This document shows positions 38,732 to 47,394 of a stretch of 64,000 nucleotides of DNA, piece after piece. Source of the DNA: Limnochordia bacterium (lineage in GTDB: Bacteria > Bacillota > Limnochordia > DTU080). The translations under genes were made by a program, and so were the position numbers. The stretch is from assembly GCA_050951545.1 (NCBI GenBank), contig JBMNJG010000005.1, positions 32,001 to 96,000 on the forward strand. Reading direction: 5' to 3'. Every line of letters starts with the position of its first letter. Within the stretch, counting starts at the first letter, position 1. The notes beneath the pieces are model-generated. The model had not been told where the DNA came from, made no database searches, and saw nothing but the letters and a program-made list of their open reading frames with translations.

Positions 38732-39997
38732 GTGTCTAGATGGCCACGCATTGTACTGGTTCTTCTGCTTCTTGTACAGCTCTCCCTCGCTGCGGTACCA
38801 AGCGCAACCGCTAGTGTACAGCTGACACATTACACTTACGAAGCGCACGGTGATTTCTGGCGAGAGTACCTCGACCTCATGGCTGAACGTTTCAAGGCTT
38901 CGACAGGGATCTCAGTGGAGTTCATCATCGCATCAGGAAGCGAGTATCGCTCCAAACTGCTCACCATGGTGGCGGGAGGCGTCGCTCCGGATGTGACAGA
39001 CGCCCACCCTATGCTTGGCGCGCCCCTCATTGCTCAAGGCATATTCGAAGATCTGACACCCTACGTGAAAAGAGACAACTTCCCTTTGGATCGCATGCCC
39101 CCAGTCGCCGTTGAGGGGGTCACTACACCTGACCGCAAACTGTGGGGTATTCCTGGTAGCGTCTATCCCGTGGTCACGTTTTTCAATGCCGATCTCTTCG
39201 CGGAAAGCGGGCTGCCTAACCCCCGGGAACTCGGTGAGCGGTGGACGTGGGAGACCCTGACCTCGAGCGCGAAAAGGCTGACTCGCGACAAGGACGGAGA
39301 CGGCGTCTATGAGACCTATGGCACCTCACGCATCTCGTACCGTTGGGAAATGCAGGTTCATCAGGCGGGCGGACAGCTCTACGATAGGGTCGTTTATCCC
39401 ACGAAGAGTCAGTTCAACAGCCCCGAGGTGTTGCGGGCCATAGAGTTCATACGCGGCCTCTACGCGGACAATATCGCCACCAACAACCATACCACCTATA
39501 ACGTGTTTCGAGGCACATGCGGATTCGCTGTGGTTGACGGCCCGGGTTCGATCAGTTCCTTCCAGCATGTCGCCTTCAACTGGGACATTGCTGGGCAACC
39601 CAAAGGGCCAGCCAATCGAGCAGCGCGGGTCAATCCGGACGGTTTTCAGGTGGTCGCCTACAGCCAACATAAGGATGCCGCATGGCAATGGGTCCGTTAC
39701 TTGACTGGCAATGCCGACAACCAGTTGGAGCTGGCACGCATCAGCGGGCGCATGCCCTCTTTGAGGGAAGCTATGGTTCGCTACCCCAAGATAGGTGGTA
39801 TCGACCTGCCCAGTAACTGGCAAGCCTTGATCGACACAGCATTCGACCCAGATGGCTACGCAGCCTATGTCGTGCCCAACGCCACCCAGGTCGACGCCGT
39901 GGTCAACCCCATTATCAACCAGATATGGAATGGCCAGGTGGCACCTGCTGTAGGGCTGCAGCAGATCCACGAGGTACTGCCTGGGCTGTTGCAGTGA
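38732..39997 (+). CDS. Sugar ABC transporter substrate-binding protein
   Basis: Signal peptide; KLLTMVAGGVAPDV, FFNADLFAESGL, WTWE and AAWQWVRYL motifs. Confidence 0.9.
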   Translation: MSRWPRIVLVLLLLVQLSLAAVPSATASVQLTHYTYEAHGDFWREYLDLMAERFKASTGISVEFIIASGSEYRSKLLTMVAGGVAPDVTDAHPMLGAPLIAQGIFEDLTPYVKRDNFPLDRMPPVAVEGVTTPDRKLWGIPGSVYPVVTFFNADLFAESGLPNPRELGERWTWETLTSSAKRLTRDKDGDGVYETYGTSRISYRWEMQVHQAGGQLYDRVVYPTKSQFNSPEVLRAIEFIRGLYADNIATNNHTTYNVFRGTCGFAVVDGPGSISSFQHVAFNWDIAGQPKGPANRAARVNPDGFQVVAYSQHKDAAWQWVRYLTGNADNQLELARISGRMPSLREAMVRYPKIGGIDLPSNWQALIDTAFDPDGYAAYVVPNATQVDAVVNPIINQIWNGQVAPAVGLQQIHEVLPGLLQ

Positions 39998-40019
39998 GAT
40001 CAGAAAAGGCGATCTCCCC

Positions 40020-40051
40020 AAAGGACCGTGTGCCATGGGCCACGGTCCTTT
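40020..40051. terminator. Hairpin between convergent genes
   Basis: AAAGGACCGTG...CACGGTCCTTT inverted repeat. Confidence 0.6.
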
Positions 40052-40076
40052 GTGCGTGCTGCGGTTTCCACTCTAC

Positions 40077-40446
40077 TCACACAGTTGTCTGCATCGTCTC
40101 CAAGAAACGCGTCAGCTCTTCAGTCAACCCAGTCAGCACTGCGGGCAGATCATCAATGAGAGGCTTCATGCGCTGCCAATCCAAACGACGTCCATAGGCA
40201 TTGCGGAAGACATGACGAAACCCCCGGTACGGATCAAGCATCGCTTGAAGCTCCCTACTGATCACTCGGGGACGGATCCCAGGCACATCGACCGACATCG
40301 CAGGCAGAAGCCGTCGATGCCATTCGGTCCTGTTCCTCGTCTTGGAGCGAGTATGAGGACAACTCTGAAAGGGCTTGCCCCAATTCGGCCACATGCGACT
40401 GGATCTCTGCTGATAGTCTTGCCATGCCATGCCGATTGCGAACCAT
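40077..40446 (-). pseudogene. HepT-like HEPN ribonuclease toxin, internally deleted and frameshifted
   Basis: The N-terminal frame MVRNRHGMARLSAEIQSHVAEL...DEEQDR switches to another frame encoding EWHRRLL...PGIRPRVIS...YRGFRHVFRNAYG; the central segment expected in this family appears absent. Confidence 0.7.
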
Positions 40447-40469
40447 CCGTTTTCACCTCACCAACTCGC

Positions 40470-40841
40470 TCATACCGAGAGCCCGTCCCGCTGAATCGAA
40501 GCACGCAAGCCGGGTGAACAGTCCTCCACCAGAATCAGATCTACTGGTACGGACGCCACGGCGTCGACATCAGTAAGCACTGCAAAGTACCTGACGGGAT
40601 CAACGCCGCTGACAGCGATATCAATATCGGCATCCACGCCTACCCAACCTTGTCCTCGCGCCCGCCTGGCGACGGAGCCAAACAGGTAGACCTCGCTGGC
40701 CCCCCAGCGACAGCGCAGGCGCTCAGCGACTTGTCGTGCAGAAACCATTGCCAGCTGCCAGCGCTCATGCTCGGCTTGATCTTCCTCTGCTCGTCGCATG
40801 CGCCAGCCTTTTCTGTACGCCTCAAGTCTCGCAGCATCCAT
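40470..40841 (-). CDS. Minimal nucleotidyltransferase (MNT) antitoxin
   Basis: VYLFGSVAR...ADIDIAVSG...PVDLI. Confidence 0.82.
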   Translation of the reverse strand: MDAARLEAYRKGWRMRRAEEDQAEHERWQLAMVSARQVAERLRCRWGASEVYLFGSVARRARGQGWVGVDADIDIAVSGVDPVRYFAVLTDVDAVASVPVDLILVEDCSPGLRASIQRDGLSV

Positions 40842-41031
40842 CTTCGCTTCGCCCCATCTCCAAGCCGCATACGCTAGCGTATTCATCCTAGCATGCCCAG
40901 CCCCCGCCAACAAGGCACCACGAATGCACACCTAGAACCTCATCAGTCGACACTTCGCCTAAGAAGGCGGGCATACTGCCAGCAGAGAATAGCAGAGTAT
41001 ACGAATCGCCTCCGAAAGGACAACCCTACGC

Positions 41032-42432
41032 ATGCCATTGCCATCGTCAGATCACGCTGTTATCCAGATCCGTCACGTCTGCTTCTGTTACCCGCGGCAG
41101 ACCCGACACGCACTCTCTGACATTGACCTCTGTGTGGCAGCGGGCGAGCATGTGGTGGTGCTGGGCGCCTCCGGCAGTGGCAAATCTACGCTCCTGCGCT
41201 TGATAGCAGGTCTCCTACAGCCTCATTCGGGATCCATCGAGGTCCGTGCCAGAGTAGGGCTGGTCCTCCAAGATGCTGCCTCCCAGATAATCGGGGCTAC
41301 TGTAGAAGAAGACGTTGCCTTCGGTCCCCATAGCCTAGGCCTGCCAGCTAAGGACATTACTCAGCGCGTGAATTGGGCGTTGAGCGTAGTTGAGGCTGAG
41401 CATCTACGTGAGCGACGTCCGCAGACCCTGTCACGCGGTGAACTGCAACGCATCGCTGTGGCTGGGGTGATTGCCATGACGCCAGGCATCCTCTTGCTTG
41501 ATGAAGCCAGTGCATTCCTGGACGTGGGGGATACCACATGGTTGCGAGACGTGATCGCTGAGGCCCAAGGTCAGGGCGTGGCAGTCATCGAGGCTACTCA
41601 TTCGTTGACCGCCGCTCGTCACGCCGATCGGGTGCTTCTTCTCGAGGGAGGTCGCCTTCGGAGCACGGGTAGCCCCGTCGCGATCTTGTCAGACCACTCT
41701 GCCCTCGTGCAAGCGGGGGTGCAGTGCCGTCAGGATCAAGAGACGATCCCAGCCGGTCCCAGGCCAGATGCCTCACACCCCCCCGTGCTACGGCTGCAAC
41801 CGCCGTTAGTGCCTGACGCATTGGCATTAAGACCCGGCGAATGTCTGGCGATCGTGGGCCGCAGTGGCAGTGGCAAGACTACCTTGGCCCTCTCTCTACT
41901 CGGTCTTGACCCCAGTGGAGTGTCGCTGACGCGTAGAGCACCTACTGCATCTGCAGACAAGCGCCTGGCGGTGCTCTTCCAGGAGCCTGAGAAATACTTC
42001 TGGGCCGGTACCGTCGGAGAAGAGATCGGCATCGGCAGAATGAGCACGCACGAGAGGAGGCAGCTTCTGGCTCATTTGCGCCTGCCCCAGCAGTACATGG
42101 AGCGCCGCCCCACTGACCTGAGTGCGGGCGAGCAGCGGCGCACTGCGCTTGGCGCAGCGTTGGCCCACAAACCCCATATCCTCGTAGCAGACGAACCCAC
42201 TGCTGGGCTGGACGCCCCAGCACATCACCAAGTGATCCTCTTGCTGAACCGCTGGCTGGCCACCGGGGGCTGTCTCATCTTAGTGACCCGAGTGCGAAAG
42301 CATCTTCGTACGCTGGCCAACTACTGCGTCGTCATGCAGAACGCGCAAGCGATCTTCTGTGGCCCAGCATCGACGTGTCTGGAGGAATCGACGTTGCTGA
42401 TCACAGCAGGGCTCGAGGTGTCACCGCCATGA
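41032..42432 (+). CDS. Fused double ECF-type ABC ATPase (EcfA-EcfA')
   Basis: Two Walker A motifs (GASGSGKS and GRSGSGKT); TVEEDVAFGP; LSRGE and LSAGE signatures; adjacent to an EcfT gene. Confidence 0.85.
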   Translation: MPLPSSDHAVIQIRHVCFCYPRQTRHALSDIDLCVAAGEHVVVLGASGSGKSTLLRLIAGLLQPHSGSIEVRARVGLVLQDAASQIIGATVEEDVAFGPHSLGLPAKDITQRVNWALSVVEAEHLRERRPQTLSRGELQRIAVAGVIAMTPGILLLDEASAFLDVGDTTWLRDVIAEAQGQGVAVIEATHSLTAARHADRVLLLEGGRLRSTGSPVAILSDHSALVQAGVQCRQDQETIPAGPRPDASHPPVLRLQPPLVPDALALRPGECLAIVGRSGSGKTTLALSLLGLDPSGVSLTRRAPTASADKRLAVLFQEPEKYFWAGTVGEEIGIGRMSTHERRQLLAHLRLPQQYMERRPTDLSAGEQRRTALGAALAHKPHILVADEPTAGLDAPAHHQVILLLNRWLATGGCLILVTRVRKHLRTLANYCVVMQNAQAIFCGPASTCLEESTLLITAGLEVSPP

Positions 42433-43205
42433 ACGCCCAACACCGCCGCCACTCCCCAGTTACGGTAGGCATGGATCCCCGAACAGGGCTACTTTTGTTC
42501 ATCATCGCTAGCAGCATCATCTACGCCACGCGACCTGCCGGAACCGTCTGGATGTGGGTTTGGCTAATATGCGCCCGCCTGGTGACACGCCAGCGCTCGC
42601 TGCAACTCAGCGACTTCCTCCCGCGTAGCGTGGCCCTACTCGCCTTCTTCAGTCTGATCACCCATGCGCTCTGGTCACCCGCTCCCTATCTCGTGGAGTG
42701 GGGCGTGATCCGCGTAAGCGCATCCGGAACAGCCCGCGGCGCTCTCTTGGCTGCACGCCTTCTGCTGACAGCTGCAGCCGCCAAGCTGCTCGCCGAGACC
42801 ACCTCACCCTTGGGGCTGGCCAGTGCGCTGCGCTGGCTCCTCCGCCCCCTGGAGTACATAGGCCTCTCCCTACCTGATCTGCCCATGTTGATGGCCATCG
42901 GCGCCCGGTTTGTGCCCGAGCTGCATTTGGATGCTCGCCGACTCGTGACCTTGTGGCGGCTGCGCCATACTGGAGATCAGCGCGCATCGCGCAAGCTCAC
43001 CCTAACCAGTATAGGGCACGAGCTGCTAGTTCCCTTGTTTCGACTCTCCTGGCGACGAGCTACTACCCTTGGCGAGGCCTTGGCTCTTCGCCACTACACC
43101 CCAAGAGGCCAGCCCACACTGCCCCCCTACAGACTTAGCGCTGCCGATCGTTGGGCCTGGGGCGGAACACTGGGGTTCTGCGTGCTGGCGTTTTTTGCCA
43201 GCTAG
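42429..43205 (+). CDS. ECF transporter transmembrane component T
   Basis: MDPRT, TTSPLGL, ARFVPEL, LVPLF and EALALR motifs. Confidence 0.8.
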   Translation: MNAQHRRHSPVTVGMDPRTGLLLFIIASSIIYATRPAGTVWMWVWLICARLVTRQRSLQLSDFLPRSVALLAFFSLITHALWSPAPYLVEWGVIRVSASGTARGALLAARLLLTAAAAKLLAETTSPLGLASALRWLLRPLEYIGLSLPDLPMLMAIGARFVPELHLDARRLVTLWRLRHTGDQRASRKLTLTSIGHELLVPLFRLSWRRATTLGEALALRHYTPRGQPTLPPYRLSAADRWAWGGTLGFCVLAFFAS

Positions 43206-43213
43206 AGGGCCTC

Positions 43214-44132
43214 CTACCCGCTCACGGCATCAACGTCAGGTTCCGCTTCTCCGGTGATGCGTACCACCACCCGATTGGGTACACAGATCACTGCTTGGCT
43301 TGGCCGCCGAATGCGACCCGTGTGCACGCAGATCTGATCTGGGCAATCTGATTCTACCACCGCCACACCACCATCACGAACGGACACCCTCATGCGGCCA
43401 GTCGCCAAAGGCACCTGGTAGGTCACATCGGTATCCAACGGCAACCTGGCCACCTGGCGCCCGTCCACACTGATCTCAACGTGCGTCCTGTGGACAGCAC
43501 CTTCATTCTGACGGAGTAGATTCTGTCTGAGCGGCAGCATAGCGCCTACCACAAACAGGACTAGAAAGATGCTGGCGACCAAACGATTTCCCCACAAACC
43601 AATGGACACCGCCATGCCTTCATCCCAGTGGTCCTCGCGCAGCAGAGGCAGCAAGACCCCTGCCAGATAGCCCACCACCGCCCCAGACGGTAAAGCCAGA
43701 AAAAGCAAGAACGGCCAATAGGCGATCACCGCTGGCTGGCGCACAAGCATGTAGGCCACTGCCAGCTGCCCCATGTTATGCGCCACTGCTCCCAATATGC
43801 TCACTGGTATGGTTGGCAAACGACCCTGACTAGCTACCACGGCGCTCCCCATGACAAAGACGCTGAGCACTGCCCCCACCAATCCAAACCAGAACGGAGG
43901 CCCCAGTAGAGCCCCCGTGAAACAACCCGCCCAACACTTGACGCAACACCGCTACCAACAGCCCCTCGCGCCAACCCCATGCGTAGATGGCCAGGATTGA
44001 GGCCAAGTTGGCCAGCCCCAGCCGGGCTCCCGGCAAGGGTAAGGAAGGCAGCTGTGCCTCAATCACGTGAAGCACAGCGGCTACAGAGAGAAGCAGACCA
44101 AGCCTTGCCGTACGCTGACAGTTAGCTAGCAC
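43214..44132 (-). pseudogene. Gx-transporter (ECF S-like) fused to a NusG domain II-like module, split by a single-base frameshift at 43920-43922
   Basis: IEAQLP...GARLGLAN (ORF 43830..44162) joins LFTGALLGPPFWFGLVGA...GAVAHNMGQL (ORF 43214..43882) if one T is removed; C-terminal ESDCPDQICVHTG...ICVPNRVVV is NusG-II-like. Confidence 0.75.
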
Positions 44133-44148
44133 CTGAGGGATACCATCG

Positions 44149-45207
44149 TCAGAGGTGTGCAACGAGCCCCTCCAATCCCGGAGTGACGCTCATCCGTAGC
44201 TGCTGATCGATGAACACGGCCTCTACGCCTGGCATGCTTTTCACTAACGCCCTTCCCTTTTCTGGCCCCAAGACGAAGGCTGCCGTAGAAAGCGCATCGG
44301 ACAACACCCCTGTGGGAGCGACGACGGTTGCGCTACACATCGCCGAGGATGAGTACCCAGTACGGGGGTCTAGGATATGGCTGTAACGCTGTCCCTCCCA
44401 GAAAAAGAAACGCTGGTAATCACCCGACGTCGCCACAGCTCTGCCGGAAATCGGCAAGACCGCGAAAACGTCGTCGAGCCGCCGCGGATGGCGCAACGCA
44501 ATGTGCCAGGGTGACCTGTTGGGTTTCGTACCGATAACCCGGATGTTGCCCCCCAGATCGAAGAGCGCGCTTTGCACACCCTGCGCCGATGCCAAGGTGA
44601 CAAGACGATCCAGCGCATAGCCCTTGGCGATGGCCCCCATATCAAGCTGCATACCCTGCGGAAGCCTCACCTGCTGCTTCAACCGATTGATACCGATCTT
44701 CTGGTAATTGACGTACCCCAGCTGCTGAGCAATGGCCTCAGCGCTGGGCGGACTATGGTCTGGGATCCGACCGTCACGCTCACGCAGCCCCCACAGGTCC
44801 ACGAGAGGGGCCACACTGGGGTCTAACGCTCCTTCGCTGCGTTCAGCGACATCGAGTGCGACCTCCAGTGCTGCGAAGAGATCCTCAGAAACCCTGACCC
44901 ATCCTGTCCCCGCCTGGGCGTTCAGCTGACTGATCTCAGATCCCTCTTTGAAGCGGTCAAACACCGTTTCGAGTCTGGCAAGCTCTTCCAGGCACATCTC
45001 GGCTACCTCGTTACCTTTTCTCCCATGGATGAGGAGCCGCACGTAGGTACCCATCGCAAAGCCCTGCCGCTCTACGGAGTCTGCGCCTACGCGGTCGTGC
45101 CGTGGGCTCGCCTTTGACGTTCGCCACGGGTTACCGGGGAGAAACCATGCGCCACATAGCACTCCCAGCAGTAAGACCGACAGCGCTACACGCCAGCGCT
45201 GAGTCAA
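44149..45207 (-). CDS. apbE: FAD:protein FMN transferase
   Basis: AMGT, SEISQLN, LDMGAIAKGY, LGGN, ATSGDYQR, HILDPRTG and DALST motifs. Confidence 0.93.
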   Translation of the reverse strand: MTQRWRVALSVLLLGVLCGAWFLPGNPWRTSKASPRHDRVGADSVERQGFAMGTYVRLLIHGRKGNEVAEMCLEELARLETVFDRFKEGSEISQLNAQAGTGWVRVSEDLFAALEVALDVAERSEGALDPSVAPLVDLWGLRERDGRIPDHSPPSAEAIAQQLGYVNYQKIGINRLKQQVRLPQGMQLDMGAIAKGYALDRLVTLASAQGVQSALFDLGGNIRVIGTKPNRSPWHIALRHPRRLDDVFAVLPISGRAVATSGDYQRFFFWEGQRYSHILDPRTGYSSSAMCSATVVAPTGVLSDALSTAAFVLGPEKGRALVKSMPGVEAVFIDQQLRMSVTPGLEGLVAHL

Positions 45208-46025
45208 GCTGTGCCCTCGACGACGAAGGCGGCTCCAGCCGGCTTTATGCATTTCGTCGGGCACTTCACAGCACACTCCCCACAGCCCGTACACTTGCTT
45301 GCATCGATAACGGCCAGACCATCGATGACGTGCACCGCCTCGTAATGGCAAACGCGCTCGCAGGCGCGGCACCCGATGCATCCTTCCTGGCATACCGTGC
45401 GTGCAGTTCTGCCCTCTAGCGGGGAATTGCACCGAACGAAACTATGCTTGCCATCCTCCACCAGGCGAATGACGCCCCGCGGACACACCTCGGCACACTC
45501 GCCGCATCCCACACAAGCAGCGGTATCGACAATGGGCACCCCGCGCTCATCTTGCGTAAGAGCGCCAAACTGACAGGCCTGCACACAGGTACCAAACCCC
45601 AAGCAACCGTACACGCACGTGCGGTGTCCGCCCACCACCATGTGCGCTGCTCGGCAATCCTGCAGCCCCTCGTAATCCGCTCGGGGATCGAAGCTCAGAT
45701 TGCCACGGCAAGCGACGTGTGCCACCTGACGCTCTACAGGCGTCACTGTCATCTCTAGCGCATCGGCCACGCGCGCTGCAACCTCCGCCCCACCAGGGCT
45801 ACACGCATTGGCCGAGGCCTTACCTTCCAGCAGGGCCTGCGCAAGTCCTGAGCAGCCGGAGAACCCACAAGCCCCGCAGTTGTACCCGGGTAGAATGTTC
45901 GTGAGCAGCTCTATGCGCTCATCTGTATCAACCTGAAGCTTCTTGGCCGCGTAATACAAGCCACCAGCAAAAGCTACCCCCAAAGCTCCCATTGAGATAG
46001 CAGCGGCAGCAATGGATCCCGCCAC
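45204..46025 (-). CDS. rnfB: Rnf complex subunit B
   Basis: N-terminal TM helix; LPGYNCGACGFSGC; GCLGFGTCVQAC; multiple CxxCxxCxxxC motifs. Confidence 0.93.
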   Translation of the reverse strand: MAGSIAAAAISMGALGVAFAGGLYYAAKKLQVDTDERIELLTNILPGYNCGACGFSGCSGLAQALLEGKASANACSPGGAEVAARVADALEMTVTPVERQVAHVACRGNLSFDPRADYEGLQDCRAAHMVVGGHRTCVYGCLGFGTCVQACQFGALTQDERGVPIVDTAACVGCGECAEVCPRGVIRLVEDGKHSFVRCNSPLEGRTARTVCQEGCIGCRACERVCHYEAVHVIDGLAVIDASKCTGCGECAVKCPTKCIKPAGAAFVVEGTA

Positions 46026-46056
46026 GCCCAGTCACCTCTCTCCTTAGTTTCAACGA

Positions 46057-46638
46057 TTACATCGCTACCAAACCACTGAAACCCATAAAAGTCATCGCCA
46101 TGATGCCTGCTATCATTAACGACAAAGCAGGCCCTTGTACGCTAACTGGCACGTCTGAAAACCGCAGCTCCTGGCGAATCCCGGCCATCATGCACATTGC
46201 CAAGGCGAACCCAACACCGCCGCCCAACGCAAAGGTAAGGGAAGCGCCCAGAGTGTACTCCTGAGCCACTATCAGCAGAGCCAAACCCATGATGGCGCAG
46301 TTGGTGGTGATCAAAGGCAGATAGATGCCGAACGCTTCATAGAGCGTCGGGCTACTCTTTCGGAGAAAAAGCTCGAGCAACTGCACCAGAACCGCGATTA
46401 TAAGGATATACGCAGCGTACTGCAGATAAACCAAGCCCAAGGGGACAAGGATGAGATACTGCACCACCCACACGAGAATGGAGGTCAGTGAGAGCACGAA
46501 GGTCACCGCCACACCCATTCCGGCGGCTGATTTGAGTTCCCTAGTCACGCCCAAAAAGGGGCAGATCCCCAAGAAGCGGGTGAGGATGAAGTTGTTGACC
46601 AGAGCAGAACCGACGAACAGCAGCACTAATTCCGACAC
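46057..46638 (-). CDS. rnfA: Rnf complex subunit A
   Basis: VNNFILTRFLGICPFLGV and GIYLPLITTNCA motifs. Confidence 0.94.
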   Translation of the reverse strand: MSELVLLFVGSALVNNFILTRFLGICPFLGVTRELKSAAGMGVAVTFVLSLTSILVWVVQYLILVPLGLVYLQYAAYILIIAVLVQLLELFLRKSSPTLYEAFGIYLPLITTNCAIMGLALLIVAQEYTLGASLTFALGGGVGFALAMCMMAGIRQELRFSDVPVSVQGPALSLMIAGIMAMTFMGFSGLVAM

Positions 46639-46706
46639 ACAAATCCGCTCCTTTGAACATCGTTCCACGCTGCATCATCATTTGCGGGCAATCCGTGCCC
46701 AATAAC

Positions 46707-47351
46707 TTAGGCGACCTCTGCGACGGGCACACCCCGACCGACGGTCTTGGCTGCTGTTTTGCGGCGATTACGAATCACGTTAATAGCTGCAGTGATGGCC
46801 CCCATGGTCAGAAACGCCCCCGGGGGGGTGAGCATAATCTGCCAGGGCACGAAGCCAGCCGGCATCACCTGGAAACCCAGAATCGAGCCGGACCCCAGGA
46901 GTTCACGCAAGGCACTAATCAGCAATAGCGCCCAGGTATACCCCAGACCGTAACCCAATGCATCGGCAATCGAGCGCACTACCCCGTGCTTGGAGGCAAA
47001 GGCTTCGGCCCGCCCCAAAATGATGCAGTTCACCACGATCAAAGGGATGAAAAGGCCCAGAGTCTGGTGTATCGCAGGCACCGTGCCAGCCAGCACCAGA
47101 TCGACCACCGTCACCAGAGTGGCAATGACCACCGTGTAGATGGGAATGCGCACTTCCGAGGGCACCCAGCGCCGAATAACCGATATGACGATGTTGGACC
47201 CCAAAAGCACCGCAAGCACGGCCATACCCATGGTGAAACCGTACACCACGGCGGTGGTTACCGCCAATGACGGACATAAACCCATAGCCACGAAAAACGG
47301 CGGCGTCTGTTCACTGAAACCCTCACGGAAATCGTCCCACAACTCACGCAT
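46707..47351 (-). CDS. rnfE: Rnf complex subunit E
   Basis: GLCPSLAVTT, FIPLIVVNCIILGRAEAFA and PPGAF motifs. Confidence 0.94.
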   Translation of the reverse strand: MRELWDDFREGFSEQTPPFFVAMGLCPSLAVTTAVVYGFTMGMAVLAVLLGSNIVISVIRRWVPSEVRIPIYTVVIATLVTVVDLVLAGTVPAIHQTLGLFIPLIVVNCIILGRAEAFASKHGVVRSIADALGYGLGYTWALLLISALRELLGSGSILGFQVMPAGFVPWQIMLTPPGAFLTMGAITAAINVIRNRRKTAAKTVGRGVPVAEVA

Positions 47352-47394
47352 GGGCTTGAACCTCCCATAAACAGCTGTGTATGATGCTGGCCTA

